This document shows positions 48,557 through 58,375 of a stretch of 64,000 nucleotides of DNA, piece by piece. The notes under the pieces are model-generated. The model was not told the DNA's origin. It saw only the letters and a list, made by a program, of their open reading frames with translations, and ran no database searches. Origin of the DNA: a bacterium (GTDB lineage: Bacteria > Patescibacteriota > CPR2 > UBA1875 > CAIMLA01); contig JBAXUE010000002.1 in assembly GCA_037129835.1 (NCBI GenBank), forward strand, positions 66,334-130,333, given 5' to 3'. The position numbers were made by a program, and so were the translations under genes. Numbering within the stretch: the stretch's first letter is position 1; each line of letters starts with the position of its first letter.

Positions 48557-49711
48557 TTATTCCTCCCTCAGTGATTTAACAATACTGATTTTCACCGCAT
48601 AGTAAGCGGGGTAAATACCCGCAATTACGCCGATGGCGAGCGAGAATATCATTGAACCGATAAGTAACCTAGGAGTGAGTAAAAATATCTTGTCCCCAGT
48701 CTGCTCCATATAATAGTTCACTAAATATACAATAACAGCTCCAAGGGCTATCCCGATGGCGCCACCAAAAAATCCGATAACGCCAGCTTCTGTAAGATAT
48801 TCGAGTAATATATTGCGGTTTTTTGCCCCTAGAGCTTTCTTTATCCCTATTTCCTTAGTTCTTTCTGAAATTGACATCGTCATGGTATTGACTATTGATA
48901 GCGTGCCAACAAGAAGTGAGATGATACAAATTCCGTAAATAATTGAGTTAAAAGTTTGCATTGTAGATGCTATTTGGTCTTGAAATTGTTTCGGTCCAAG
49001 AGTATCAACGCCTTTGACCTCTTTCTTTATTTTTTCTGATAATTTATTTGGGTCTACACCTTTTTTAGGATAGGCAATAAAGCCATAAACCAGATCGTCT
49101 GGTTTCGTAGTATTTCTAAGTAATTCGGGTAATTCATTGTACATTATTTCTCTACCATCATGTAAAGAGACGGATATTTGAGTATCAGGTAGAGTGAAAG
49201 TTTTTTCGGCAATGCCAACAACTTCAAAATTTTTACCTCTAATTTTGATATTTTCTCCCACCTTGGCTTTTAGTTTTTTTACTAGGTCTGCGCCGACCAA
49301 TGCCTTGTTACGGTCTGAAGCAGTAATAGCTCGCCCACTAGTAAGTCTAATTTTAAAGCTTTCGTAATCGTTGGATTTTTCGTCAATGCTAATAATGTTT
49401 GCTAGTGGTCCAAGACTAGCAGTGATGTTATCACTAAGTAGTGAATAAGTTTCGGCCGCTACATATGCGACGCCATCGACTTTTTCTATTTCTTTTTTCT
49501 TATCAATCTTTAATGGGCTACTATATGTACTTATTTTGGCAGATATTTCTACTTTGTCCTTATAATATTCTGCCCCTCCATCTACAAGCAAACTCAGTTT
49601 CTCGGCGATAGCTCCCATAACCACAAGGGCCAGGATACCGATGGCGATACCAAAAACCGTCAGTAGTGTTCTGGTTTTTCGTCTCCACATATTTTTTAAG
49701 ATTTCAAACAT
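48557..49711 (-). CDS. ABC transporter permease, MacB_PCD + FtsX domain
   Basis: N-terminal TM, large periplasmic domain, C-terminal 3-TM FtsX-like module; 2-nt spacing to the ATPase gene. Confidence 0.8.
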   Translation of the reverse strand: MFEILKNMWRRKTRTLLTVFGIAIGILALVVMGAIAEKLSLLVDGGAEYYKDKVEISAKISTYSSPLKIDKKKEIEKVDGVAYVAAETYSLLSDNITASLGPLANIISIDEKSNDYESFKIRLTSGRAITASDRNKALVGADLVKKLKAKVGENIKIRGKNFEVVGIAEKTFTLPDTQISVSLHDGREIMYNELPELLRNTTKPDDLVYGFIAYPKKGVDPNKLSEKIKKEVKGVDTLGPKQFQDQIASTMQTFNSIIYGICIISLLVGTLSIVNTMTMSISERTKEIGIKKALGAKNRNILLEYLTEAGVIGFFGGAIGIALGAVIVYLVNYYMEQTGDKIFLLTPRLLIGSMIFSLAIGVIAGIYPAYYAVKISIVKSLREE

Positions 49712-49760
49712 TTAATTCCTTATGATTATGAAAATATTTTAACATAATTATGAATGATAA

Positions 49761-49816
49761 ATAATAAAAAGAAAAGGCCCGCACTAGGGTAGGTGTGAAC
49801 CTTCTCTTTGCGGGCC
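49761..49816 (-). terminator. Hairpin ggcccgca...tgcgggcc followed by a U-run on the minus strand
   Basis: 8-bp GC stem; plus-strand A-run 49761-49775 becomes a U-tract on the minus strand. Confidence 0.4.
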
Positions 49817-49828
49817 GTTGTGTCTTGT

Positions 49829-50631
49829 TTAGAACAGGGAGGGCTGGTCTTTCCCAGCAGCATCAGACGTATCTGATACTTGCAGTTTGTCGATAGGTCC
49901 CTTTGGAAACCTCTCGACAAACTCCTCGAGATTACTGTCTTGCACCAACCAGCTCTGTTCTATCTTGCGATTGAACTTCCTACTCAGTGCATTGCTGATG
50001 ATGTGTGAGAAGTTCACAGTAGTAGTGAACTCCCGGGGACGAGCGTGCCACGCGTCGTGTTGCTTCTGCGTGACATAGATACCGACACTCAAGCCGGCGA
50101 CCTTGAATACCCCGATGTAGGGGCAATTGGGTCTGGTGACCTTCATTTTTGTTACATCTGTAGTGCTAGTGCGTTTGGCCAAGCCAAACACCCCCTTCAG
50201 TTTAGTGAGATGTACAGGTCGGTTCTTGCTCTTTCAGGTTCGTGCCGGGCTGCCATAAAGAGTAAAACAATCGCTCTTCTGCTGGCCAAAACCAGTGTTT
50301 CAGGATCTTTGGTTGTTGGGCCGAAGCAACCGCTTTCGATGTACTCGATCTGATCGCCGATAATCTCAGCAATCGTGATCATGTCATCGGGCACTTGATA
50401 ATGTGCCGCGAAGTTTAGTACCGCCTCTCTTTGGACAGAAGCCGTTAACAGTACAGTAATACTGAGTTCAGGCTCGAGACCTAGATCTTCACAGCGTTGA
50501 ACTAGCATGTCTTGGACTGCCCCAAGTATTAGTGTGCTTAAAGCCGCCATTGACAATCCCCTCGTTTCTAGACGAATTGTGTAGGTACAATGTAAATTAC
50601 TATACCACTTTATGGTATATTTGTAAAGCAT
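49829..50631 (-). pseudogene. Two adjacent out-of-frame ORFs (50197-50631 and 49829-50191) in a GC-rich island: frameshifted or programmed-frameshift gene of unknown function
   Basis: ORFs abut within 6 nt in different frames; GC content well above genome background. Confidence 0.3.
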
Positions 50632-50637
50632 GATTTA

Positions 50638-50666
50638 CGCAAAAAACAGCCCTAAGTCGGGGCTGT
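50638..50666 (-). terminator. Hairpin acagccc/gggctgt followed by UUUUUU on the minus strand
   Basis: Read from sequence: gggctgttttttgcg on the minus strand. Confidence 0.45.
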
Positions 50667-50842
50667 TTGTAATAAATTGCAGGTTGAGCCGCACTGTAGG
50701 GTAACAGTAGTGCGCGGCTTTGCCCATAGGCGAATCCTCTCTCATGAAGGGTTGTGGTATCTTACTTGAGTTATTGAGATTGACCTAATCCCAGAATCAA
50801 ACTGTTTCCAGTTACCCTTGATTCTGAGTGCAGAGTTTTGGG

Positions 50843-51190
50843 TTATCTTTTTTGGAAGAAGACTTTGCGACCAAGGTCCTGTGGTTTACAAACGGCCCAG
50901 AAAAGACTAAGTCCCATCTCGGATAAACCAAGAAGGTCATCTAGTAATTCTGGGTTATTCCATCGAACCTCTTTGCCGGCATACTTCTTGAGTAGTTCGT
51001 CGACGTCCCTGATATTTTGGTCTCTTTCGATTTCACGCCGTTGTTCTTCAAGGTCTACTAAGACCTCAATGTGATACCCATTACGCTGCAGAGCTTGTAA
51101 AAGAGCTAATTGAGTCATAAAGACTCCCTTCGTTTGACAGCACTTCGCAATATTGCGGAGTAACTGCATCATCACGTTGCCGCGACTCAT
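50843..51190 (-). CDS. Hypothetical protein (115 aa) in GC-rich island
   Basis: ORF only. Confidence 0.3.
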   Translation of the reverse strand: MSRGNVMMQLLRNIAKCCQTKGVFMTQLALLQALQRNGYHIEVLVDLEEQRREIERDQNIRDVDELLKKYAGKEVRWNNPELLDDLLGLSEMGLSLFWAVCKPQDLGRKVFFQKR

Positions 51191-51268
51191 GTGCGGTATT
51201 ATACTCTTTTTTACCTATATGTCAAGATAATTTACTGTTACAAGTTTTTGTTATAGGAATAGGTTGCT

Positions 51269-53377
51269 TTAGTTGAATTTAACTTCTGCGACCTTTGAGA
51301 TATCGCTAAGTTTATGACCCTGAATCATCGAATCCGAAATTGTGTACAAAATGTCACCAATATATAAAATTCTAGATATTGTACTGTTGGCTGCATAGTC
51401 GTAAGAATAATTATTTTTTGAGTTTTCGTTAGTTGTTTTGTGTGTGATGCGATCGCGGAACTGGAATCCTTTTTCTAAGTCCACTTTGTAAACATAGGCT
51501 CCTTGGAAAGTATCCGTACCATATGTATTTGCCTCTGCCCCAGTACTCGCCTTTTGTTCTGGTGTTAGCTCGGCAAGAGATATTGGTAACGATAATAGGC
51601 TTTTTGCTTTATCAAACAGAAACGCCTTTGGGTCTGTAAGGACTGGTGAATCAGTCCCTCGGTCACCTATTACCGTCTTGAACATTTCTTTTGGATTGGT
51701 AACATCTGTAACATCAAATATAGCCATCTTTACGCCCTGGTACCAAGCGAAGTCCAAATTTCTGCTTTCGATCGCTTCGGTGGAGGCGTCGATAGCTTCT
51801 TTTCCGATGCCGATAATGTGGTTTTCGTCATATGGATGTAAATAGTCAGAGTATCCCGGTATCTTTAGGTATCCAAGAACAGCGGGTTTCTCGGGATCCT
51901 TAAGGTCAATAACATAAAAAGGATCTACTTTTTTGAAAGTGACAAGGTACCCTCTATCTCCCATAAATCTGGCGGAATATATCTCTTCTCCTGGCGCAAG
52001 ATCTTCTAGGGCGCCAACTTGTTTCATGTCACCATTAAAAACATAAATATTATTTGTCGATTTATTGACTGTATCAGTAATACTTCCCTTGGTAGCGGCT
52101 ACTCTAAAAAATCCATTGCTCTCGTCCATAGAATATTGATTAAGCGCACTACCCTCTATCGAAGCCGAACTAAGATATTCAGAATTGTTACCTACTAGTT
52201 TAAATTTGTGGAACTGTGTTTTTGAGACAGTGTTCCTGGTATAGTTTGTATAAATTGGTTGTTCAAGACTGGCAAGATACAGGTTTTGGCTGGATGCATA
52301 TACAATGTCTGAATTTCCGATAATTGTCCGTCTATTGATTTCCTTGGTTTCGTCTTTGATCGATAGACTCACAACACTTACAAAGGTGTTATTGGTCTTA
52401 TCTTCTATATTATTAACGTTTTTGAAATATTCCACATCGGCACAGCCACAAGTGGGTTTATAAACTGCTTTGGCAGAACCTTGAACATCAGAATATTTAG
52501 GAAGTAGAGATAGGGCATCTGTTTGGGGTGTAATGACATTATAATTTGGATATGTATTAAGAACTAAGTGAACATTGTCACCAATCATTCTGCCAGCACT
52601 ATAATTACCTTCATACTCAACACTTCTAGTGAGTTTTGGGTTTGTCTTATTGCTAGTATCCCAGATTTTGATAAAAGTATAGGTGGTAGAGGGATTATAG
52701 GGTTTTGTAAACCTTTCGATAATACTATTATTTGTAGAGGTCTCTTTTGTAACTGTTTTATTGCCGATGGCTAATAACCTATTTTTCGCGATAAATAATT
52801 GACTAACATTTCCATAATCGCTACCCGTATATTCTTCAGGCATTATAGAGGAAGGGCTAGCATCGGTATTGTTACTTTCTACTACCTTGATTGTTTTTAC
52901 AAGTTTGGCATCTTCGGCGGGATAAGCTTTAACGATGTCAATGTTACCTTGCCTGACAGTATAGATATATTCACCATCATTCTTAACAGTATCAGCTTCG
53001 TCAACTCCCTCAACTTGCACATTCGTTTTAGAATAATCACTACTACCTCCTGTAGTATCTGCGGTAGTGGCTTCACCGGCCTCTATACTCATGCCAAGCG
53101 GGGCATTAACGCCTATGTTTTTTGTTTGTACATCTCTTGCGAGCATTTTAGTAATATCTCCGCAGGATTTTGCAGTTCCAATGTACGTATTATTAACTTT
53201 GATAGCGCTTTTCGATGTATTTCTTACGCGATAATACCAGCCCAAGGCGATAATTGAAAATAAGAATATAATTGCTATAGATCCAAAGAAAATTTTCATA
53301 AAGACAGGGCTTTTGTAAAAATTATTTTTTATAGAGTCCTTTTTTGTTATATCCATATCATCTCCTTTAATATACAT
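51269..53377 (-). CDS. Membrane-anchored large extracellular protein (possible beta-propeller-type)
   Basis: N-terminal TM anchor, 650-aa Ser/Thr/Asn-rich ectodomain; family uncertain. Confidence 0.4.
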   Translation of the reverse strand: MYIKGDDMDITKKDSIKNNFYKSPVFMKIFFGSIAIIFLFSIIALGWYYRVRNTSKSAIKVNNTYIGTAKSCGDITKMLARDVQTKNIGVNAPLGMSIEAGEATTADTTGGSSDYSKTNVQVEGVDEADTVKNDGEYIYTVRQGNIDIVKAYPAEDAKLVKTIKVVESNNTDASPSSIMPEEYTGSDYGNVSQLFIAKNRLLAIGNKTVTKETSTNNSIIERFTKPYNPSTTYTFIKIWDTSNKTNPKLTRSVEYEGNYSAGRMIGDNVHLVLNTYPNYNVITPQTDALSLLPKYSDVQGSAKAVYKPTCGCADVEYFKNVNNIEDKTNNTFVSVVSLSIKDETKEINRRTIIGNSDIVYASSQNLYLASLEQPIYTNYTRNTVSKTQFHKFKLVGNNSEYLSSASIEGSALNQYSMDESNGFFRVAATKGSITDTVNKSTNNIYVFNGDMKQVGALEDLAPGEEIYSARFMGDRGYLVTFKKVDPFYVIDLKDPEKPAVLGYLKIPGYSDYLHPYDENHIIGIGKEAIDASTEAIESRNLDFAWYQGVKMAIFDVTDVTNPKEMFKTVIGDRGTDSPVLTDPKAFLFDKAKSLLSLPISLAELTPEQKASTGAEANTYGTDTFQGAYVYKVDLEKGFQFRDRITHKTTNENSKNNYSYDYAANSTISRILYIGDILYTISDSMIQGHKLSDISKVAEVKFN

Positions 53378-53397
53378 TATTATTAATACTTTACACT

Positions 53398-53871
53398 TTA
53401 CAATTTCTTTTGAAAAGTAACATCTGTTTCCGTAAGGCCCATTTTGGTATAAAAGTTTCTGCCAAAACTATTATTGTAAGACGCAGTAATAGTCATTAGA
53501 TTTGAATCTTGCGCTATGGCCCATTTTTCAATCATCGTATACAACTGTTCACCGATACCCATTCTGCGGTATTCTTTTTTGATGAAGGTGTTTTCAACTT
53601 CTGCTAATTTTAGGTCCTTTCGCATATGGTCGGGAGTTTCTGTCAAATGTGCAATCATGTACCCAATAATCTTTTCGTCAGTTTCAACTACAAGAACTAG
53701 CGAGTCGCTTATGTTTATTCTTTTTTCGAAATAGTCTCTACCCCACTGAGAATCTGGCCAGGCAACATCCAATGTATCGTCAAAAACATAATCGTGTTCA
53801 AATAGCGCGGTATTTAAGTTTACGATAGTATCGATATCTTTTGTTGTAGCTTTTCTTATATTGGTATTCAT
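53398..53871 (-). CDS. GNAT-family N-acetyltransferase
   Basis: Acetyl-CoA-binding motif RRMGIGEQLYTMIEKWA. Confidence 0.7.
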   Translation of the reverse strand: MNTNIRKATTKDIDTIVNLNTALFEHDYVFDDTLDVAWPDSQWGRDYFEKRINISDSLVLVVETDEKIIGYMIAHLTETPDHMRKDLKLAEVENTFIKKEYRRMGIGEQLYTMIEKWAIAQDSNLMTITASYNNSFGRNFYTKMGLTETDVTFQKKL

Positions 53872-54007
53872 ATAAAAATCCGTTAGTAGACCATTTTATA
53901 GGTTATTCTAACCTAACTTCGAGATAATGCAAAATTACGTTTTTTTTGTATAATTAATAAGCTCAAAATATTATCTATCCGAGAGCACAAATAAATATAT
54001 TATAGTA

Positions 54008-54109
54008 TTATTTCTCGGCTTGAACTGAAGAAGTAATTTGAATACCTTTAGGCTTTTTTGCCTGCTTTGGTTTCTTGGTATTCTTTTGTGAATTTTTTCC
54101 TTTAGCCAT
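54008..54109 (-). CDS. Small basic protein (33 aa, MAKGKNSQKNTKKPKQAKKPKGIQITSSVQAEK)
   Basis: Not in the ORF track (below 60 aa); strong AGGAGG SD 7 nt upstream of the ATG; lies immediately downstream of topA. Confidence 0.35.
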   Translation of the reverse strand: MAKGKNSQKNTKKPKQAKKPKGIQITSSVQAEK

Positions 54110-54126
54110 TTTTCCTCCTTGTAGCA

Positions 54127-56289
54127 TTATACATTTTTATGTGGATTATGATTAGGACAATCTTTGCTAGAACAACGCTCTGGGATAGTTTTGGTCCCTT
54201 CCATCATCAGAGAGCCGCATTCTTTACATATATTACCTGTCGGTTTCGCTTTAATAGCGTATTTGCATTTTGGATAATTGTTACAAGAATAGAATATTCC
54301 GAAACGACCTTTTCTTTCAGCCATTTCACCTTTTTTGCAGACTGGGCACTTTACGCCAGTACCATTATCGATTACAGCCGTTTCGTCTTTTCTGATATAT
54401 TTGCATTTCGGATAATTTGAACAAGAAATGAATTTGCCGTATTTTCCCTCACGTTCAATAAGATCTCCGCCACATTCGGGGCAGGGTTCACCGATTGGTT
54501 TCGGCCCTTCCATCTCTTCGCCTTCCATAGTAAGTGCACCCTGGCATTCTGGATACTTGGAGCAACTAAGAAATTTACCGTTCTTCCCAAGCTTTATTAT
54601 CATACTACTTTTGCATTTTGGGCATTTGAATTTTGGATCCGCAGGTTCTGGTTTTACTGGTTCTTTGAGCTCTGTTTTTACTTTTTTGATAAATGGACCA
54701 TAAAATTCTGACAGTATTTGGACATACTTGGCTTTTCCGTTAGCTATAAGGTCAAGTTCATCTTCCATTTCAGCAGTAAAGGTGTCGCTGATGTATTCGG
54801 CAAAATATTTTTCAAGAAAGGTACTAACAACATCGCCGGTATCTGTAGGAATGAGTGTTCGACCCTCTTTTGTAACATAGCCACGATCTTCTAGTGTTTT
54901 CATAATGGAAGCATAAGTACTAGGTCTGCCGATACCTCTTTTCTCTAATTCCTTAATCAGGCCAGCTTCCGTGTATCTGGTTGGAGGTTCGGTCTGTTTG
55001 GCAGTAGTAACAAAATCTATCAGTGTTAGCTCGTCACCGATATTAACTTTTGGTAGGTTGACTTCTTCGCCTGCCACTGCCGGATCAGCTGAAAGCCAGC
55101 CGGCGAATAGTTGATGACTACCATTGGCTGTAAATAAAGGAAATTTGTTGTCATCGTAATACTTGGCAGTTATCTTGCTTCGAAGAAGTTTGGCATCAGC
55201 CATCTGACTTGCCACTGTTCTGCCCCATATCAGCTTGTAGAGTTTCTTTTGTTCGTCATTGTGACCAGCATTGTCATGTTCAAAATTTGTGGGACGGATT
55301 GCCTCATGAGCTTCCTGGGCATTTTTACTCGTAGTTTTGTATTTATGAGGGGATAAATATTCTTTGCCGTACTTACTCGTCACCACTTGGTTTATTTGTT
55401 CTAGCGCTGTCTCTGAAAGATTAGTACTATCGGTACGCATATAACTGATTAAACCTGCTTCATATAGTTTCTGTGCTACTCCCATGGTTCGTGATGGCGA
55501 GAATCCTAGTCTAGTGCTCGCTGTCTGCTGTAGTGTAGATGTAGTAAATGGTGGTTTTGGTGCTCTTTTTGCTTCTGTACTTGTGACATTGGCAACTATC
55601 CATTGTCCATTTTTGGCAACGGTTTCTATTTCGGTTAATCGTTCTATATTTTTTGGCTCTTCGGTACAGGTAAGCGAAAGATTATCTTTGCCCAGAGTCT
55701 TTGTTTCGGCAACTAGTGTCCAAAAATCTTCACTGACAAAAGCTCGTCTTTCTCTTTCTCTTTCCATAATAATTCTAAGTGCAGGAGATTGTACTCGGCC
55801 TGCAGATAGACCATATCGAACCTTTTTCCAGATGACTCCAGAAAGGTCATAGCCAACAAGACGGTCTAGGACACGCCTAGCCTGTTGTGCATCTACTAAG
55901 TCAATATTTATCTTGCGTGGATTATTGGCGGCATGTTCAACTGCGCTTTTGGTGATTTCATGAAATTCAATCCTGTCATAATCGCTTTCTTTTAGCTTCA
56001 ACGCTTGGGCCAAGTGCCACGAAATTGCTTCACCTTCACGATCAGGATCAGTCGCCAGTAGTACTTGGTCGGCTTTCACTGCTACCGCTCGTAGATCACT
56101 GATAATTTTTTTACCACGGGGAGTAATAATGTATTTTGGTTTAAACCCGTGTTCGATATCTACGGCGTCTTTATTGCTTTTTGGTAGATCTCGCACATGT
56201 CCAAAAGAAGCCATTACTTTGTGGCCTGGACCTAAATATTTTTCTATTGTCTTCCCTTTTGCGGGAGACTCTACAATTACAAGTTTCAT
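54127..56289 (-). CDS. topA: DNA topoisomerase I with C-terminal zinc-ribbon repeats
   Basis: TOPRIM N-terminus (MKLVIVESPAK), Topo IA core, three to four C4 zinc ribbons (CPKCKS..., CPECGG..., CPVCKKG...). Confidence 0.9.
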   Translation of the reverse strand: MKLVIVESPAKGKTIEKYLGPGHKVMASFGHVRDLPKSNKDAVDIEHGFKPKYIITPRGKKIISDLRAVAVKADQVLLATDPDREGEAISWHLAQALKLKESDYDRIEFHEITKSAVEHAANNPRKINIDLVDAQQARRVLDRLVGYDLSGVIWKKVRYGLSAGRVQSPALRIIMERERERRAFVSEDFWTLVAETKTLGKDNLSLTCTEEPKNIERLTEIETVAKNGQWIVANVTSTEAKRAPKPPFTTSTLQQTASTRLGFSPSRTMGVAQKLYEAGLISYMRTDSTNLSETALEQINQVVTSKYGKEYLSPHKYKTTSKNAQEAHEAIRPTNFEHDNAGHNDEQKKLYKLIWGRTVASQMADAKLLRSKITAKYYDDNKFPLFTANGSHQLFAGWLSADPAVAGEEVNLPKVNIGDELTLIDFVTTAKQTEPPTRYTEAGLIKELEKRGIGRPSTYASIMKTLEDRGYVTKEGRTLIPTDTGDVVSTFLEKYFAEYISDTFTAEMEDELDLIANGKAKYVQILSEFYGPFIKKVKTELKEPVKPEPADPKFKCPKCKSSMIIKLGKNGKFLSCSKYPECQGALTMEGEEMEGPKPIGEPCPECGGDLIEREGKYGKFISCSNYPKCKYIRKDETAVIDNGTGVKCPVCKKGEMAERKGRFGIFYSCNNYPKCKYAIKAKPTGNICKECGSLMMEGTKTIPERCSSKDCPNHNPHKNV

Positions 56290-56358
56290 AACTAAGTGTT
56301 AATGTTATTTTAATTAGTGCTATGTGTCAATCTTTTCCATTCATGGCTGCCGGTAAAG

Positions 56359-56931
56359 CTATTCTTTGTTTAGCCATGGAAACATTTTGACGAGCTCTAT
56401 GTTTCTTTCGTCATTTTTTTCTAACGAGGCAAGGTTAAATAGTTTTTCTTTGCCAAATTCGGACATGATCAAATTGACCATAGTTATACCCACTTGATAT
56501 TTATCACCGTTTTGGGTGTAGCTAAGTTTATTCAGTAACTGTATATTTATATCTTCTTGGGTCCAAGTACTACTTTGGCCAGCAACGTATCCGCAGACAC
56601 CTTCTATTAACCATCCTGGCGTATGCTTATTGCTGACAGGGCGTAAATATTTATGAACCAGTTCGTGTTTTAAAACTTTCTGAAATCTGATGTGACCTGG
56701 ATCCTTTTGCGGGGGCATTCCATTTGGACCAATAATGTAAATATGGTTTTGGGGAGAAAAGCCAACGAGGTAGTCTGGGGCTGGGATATCATCATTTCTG
56801 TTTTTGTCATAAAAAGTAATAATATCTTTTTGACTATCAAACAAAACAACGTCTATATCTTTTAGTGGTTTGGTGCCGAAAAAGTCTGCCACTTCCTGAT
56901 TGTACCTTTGGGCTAGATCGTTTGTATCCAT
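56359..56931 (-). CDS. Peptidase_MA_2-like zinc metalloprotease-fold protein (HExxH), paralogue of 20616-21254
   Basis: LKHELVHKY...WLIEGVCGYVAGQ. Confidence 0.5.
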   Translation of the reverse strand: MDTNDLAQRYNQEVADFFGTKPLKDIDVVLFDSQKDIITFYDKNRNDDIPAPDYLVGFSPQNHIYIIGPNGMPPQKDPGHIRFQKVLKHELVHKYLRPVSNKHTPGWLIEGVCGYVAGQSSTWTQEDINIQLLNKLSYTQNGDKYQVGITMVNLIMSEFGKEKLFNLASLEKNDERNIELVKMFPWLNKE

Positions 56932-56949
56932 ATTATCTCCTTAAATATT

Positions 56950-58095
56950 TTAATTGATTCTATATACCATACCACCAATATGCTTAATTTTGCCAGATAT
57001 TTCCATAATGGTTATAGCAGAGCTTATTTCACTTTGGGAGAGCCCGGCTTTTTTTGAAATCTCGTCAATGTGTTTTGGTTCTAGTCTTAGCACTTCGATA
57101 ATTGTTTTTTCTGTTTTATTGCTACCAACTGCTTGGCGCATCTCGGAAACTACTTCAGGGCAAGAAAACCCAAATTCATCATAGACGTCTTGAACACTGG
57201 TAAGGACATGAGCTCCAGATTTGATCAGGTTGTTTGTTCCAATACTGGCTAAACTAAATATATTTCCAGGAACGGCAAAAACTTCTCTGTTCTGGTTCAG
57301 TGCCGAAAGCGCAGTGATGAGGCTTCCAGAGCTCTCTGCTGCTTCGGTAACGATGAGACCCTGAGATATACCGCTAATGATTCGGTTTCTGGCTGGGAAG
57401 TTTTGTTTTAATGGAGGAGTGTCGAATGGATATTCAGAGATTATTGCTCCGTTACCGATGATTTCGCGAGATAATCTAAAGTTGCTGCTCGGATAGATCT
57501 GATTCAGGCCGCAGCCGATAACCGCAATAGTCTGCCCACCGCCAGATAGGGCTCCTTTGTGAGCGGCAGTATCGATGCCAATTGCTAGCCCACTAACGAC
57601 TGTCACACCTCCCATGGCAAGTTCGCTGGTAATCTTTTCTGTGACGCGGAGGCCATAGTCAGAGGGTCTTCTACTGCCTACTACGCCGATACATAACTGA
57701 TTTAGCTTGGCTGTGCCCTTTTTGTATAGAATAAATGGAGGATCGTAAATCTGTTTCAACAGTTCGGGGTAGTCATTTTCAAAAATAAAGACAGGCTCTA
57801 TATTATTTTGTTTAAGTTCGTGGAGAACGTTTTCTGGTTTGTAGTTCTCTTTTGAGAATATGAATTCTTTGAGACATCGCTTGCTTAGTTTGAGAGCTCT
57901 TAGCTTGCTATCGGGTAGCTCGAACAAATTATTTATGGGAGCGTCTAAGGCGAAAACCTCAAGAAACAGAGAGGCAGTGAATCGAGCATTTCTACCTAGT
58001 GTAAGCCAATATATGTAGTCTTCAATATTCTTTTCCACAACCCCTCCAAAAAACACTTGACAAAAGTAGCCAACAGTGCTAGAATAAATAGTCAA
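56950..58095 (-). CDS. dprA: DNA processing protein DprA (Smf)
   Basis: Rossmann-like DprA core GVVGSRRPSDYG...VVSGLAIGIDTAAHKGAL...; C-terminal wHTH; next to topA as is common. Confidence 0.8.
   Translation of the reverse strand: MTIYSSTVGYFCQVFFGGVVEKNIEDYIYWLTLGRNARFTASLFLEVFALDAPINNLFELPDSKLRALKLSKRCLKEFIFSKENYKPENVLHELKQNNIEPVFIFENDYPELLKQIYDPPFILYKKGTAKLNQLCIGVVGSRRPSDYGLRVTEKITSELAMGGVTVVSGLAIGIDTAAHKGALSGGGQTIAVIGCGLNQIYPSSNFRLSREIIGNGAIISEYPFDTPPLKQNFPARNRIISGISQGLIVTEAAESSGSLITALSALNQNREVFAVPGNIFSLASIGTNNLIKSGAHVLTSVQDVYDEFGFSCPEVVSEMRQAVGSNKTEKTIIEVLRLEPKHIDEISKKAGLSQSEISSAITIMEISGKIKHIGGMVYRIN
58057..58085 (+). promoter_or_regulatory. Consensus sigma70-type promoter TTGACA-17-TAGAAT on the plus strand
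   Basis: cacTTGACAaaagtagccaacagtgcTAGAATaaat read directly; overlaps the first codons of dprA on the opposite strand. Confidence 0.45.
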
Positions 58096-58341
58096 CCTAA
58101 ATCAGGATGACATTTGACAATAAGTTTCTCTAGGTAAACGCCAGTTATGGCGAGTGTCCTATCAATGAGTAAGGCCTTAAACACCCTCCTTTAAGCTTAC
58201 TTGTTGGTAGGGTTCTCCCCGTAACCGCCAGCCAATATTTTGGGCTAGGTAAAGTCTTCGGATCGAGTTACACTAACGGGAGAACTTTGAAACAAAAGTA
58301 AGGGAGTCGTATTTATACGGCTCCCTTACTTTATTATATTT
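58093..58341 (+). ncRNA. Candidate sRNA of about 250 nt between the promoter at 58057 and a strong terminator (stem aagtaagggag/ctcccttactt + T-run)
   Basis: No ORF; long-range complementarity (gttctcccgt / acgggagaac); 11-bp terminator stem 58296-58331 followed by TATTATATTT; RNA family not recognised. Confidence 0.35.
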
Positions 58342-58375
58342 AAGTGTTTATGACTAGTGGACAAGGAAAAATTAA

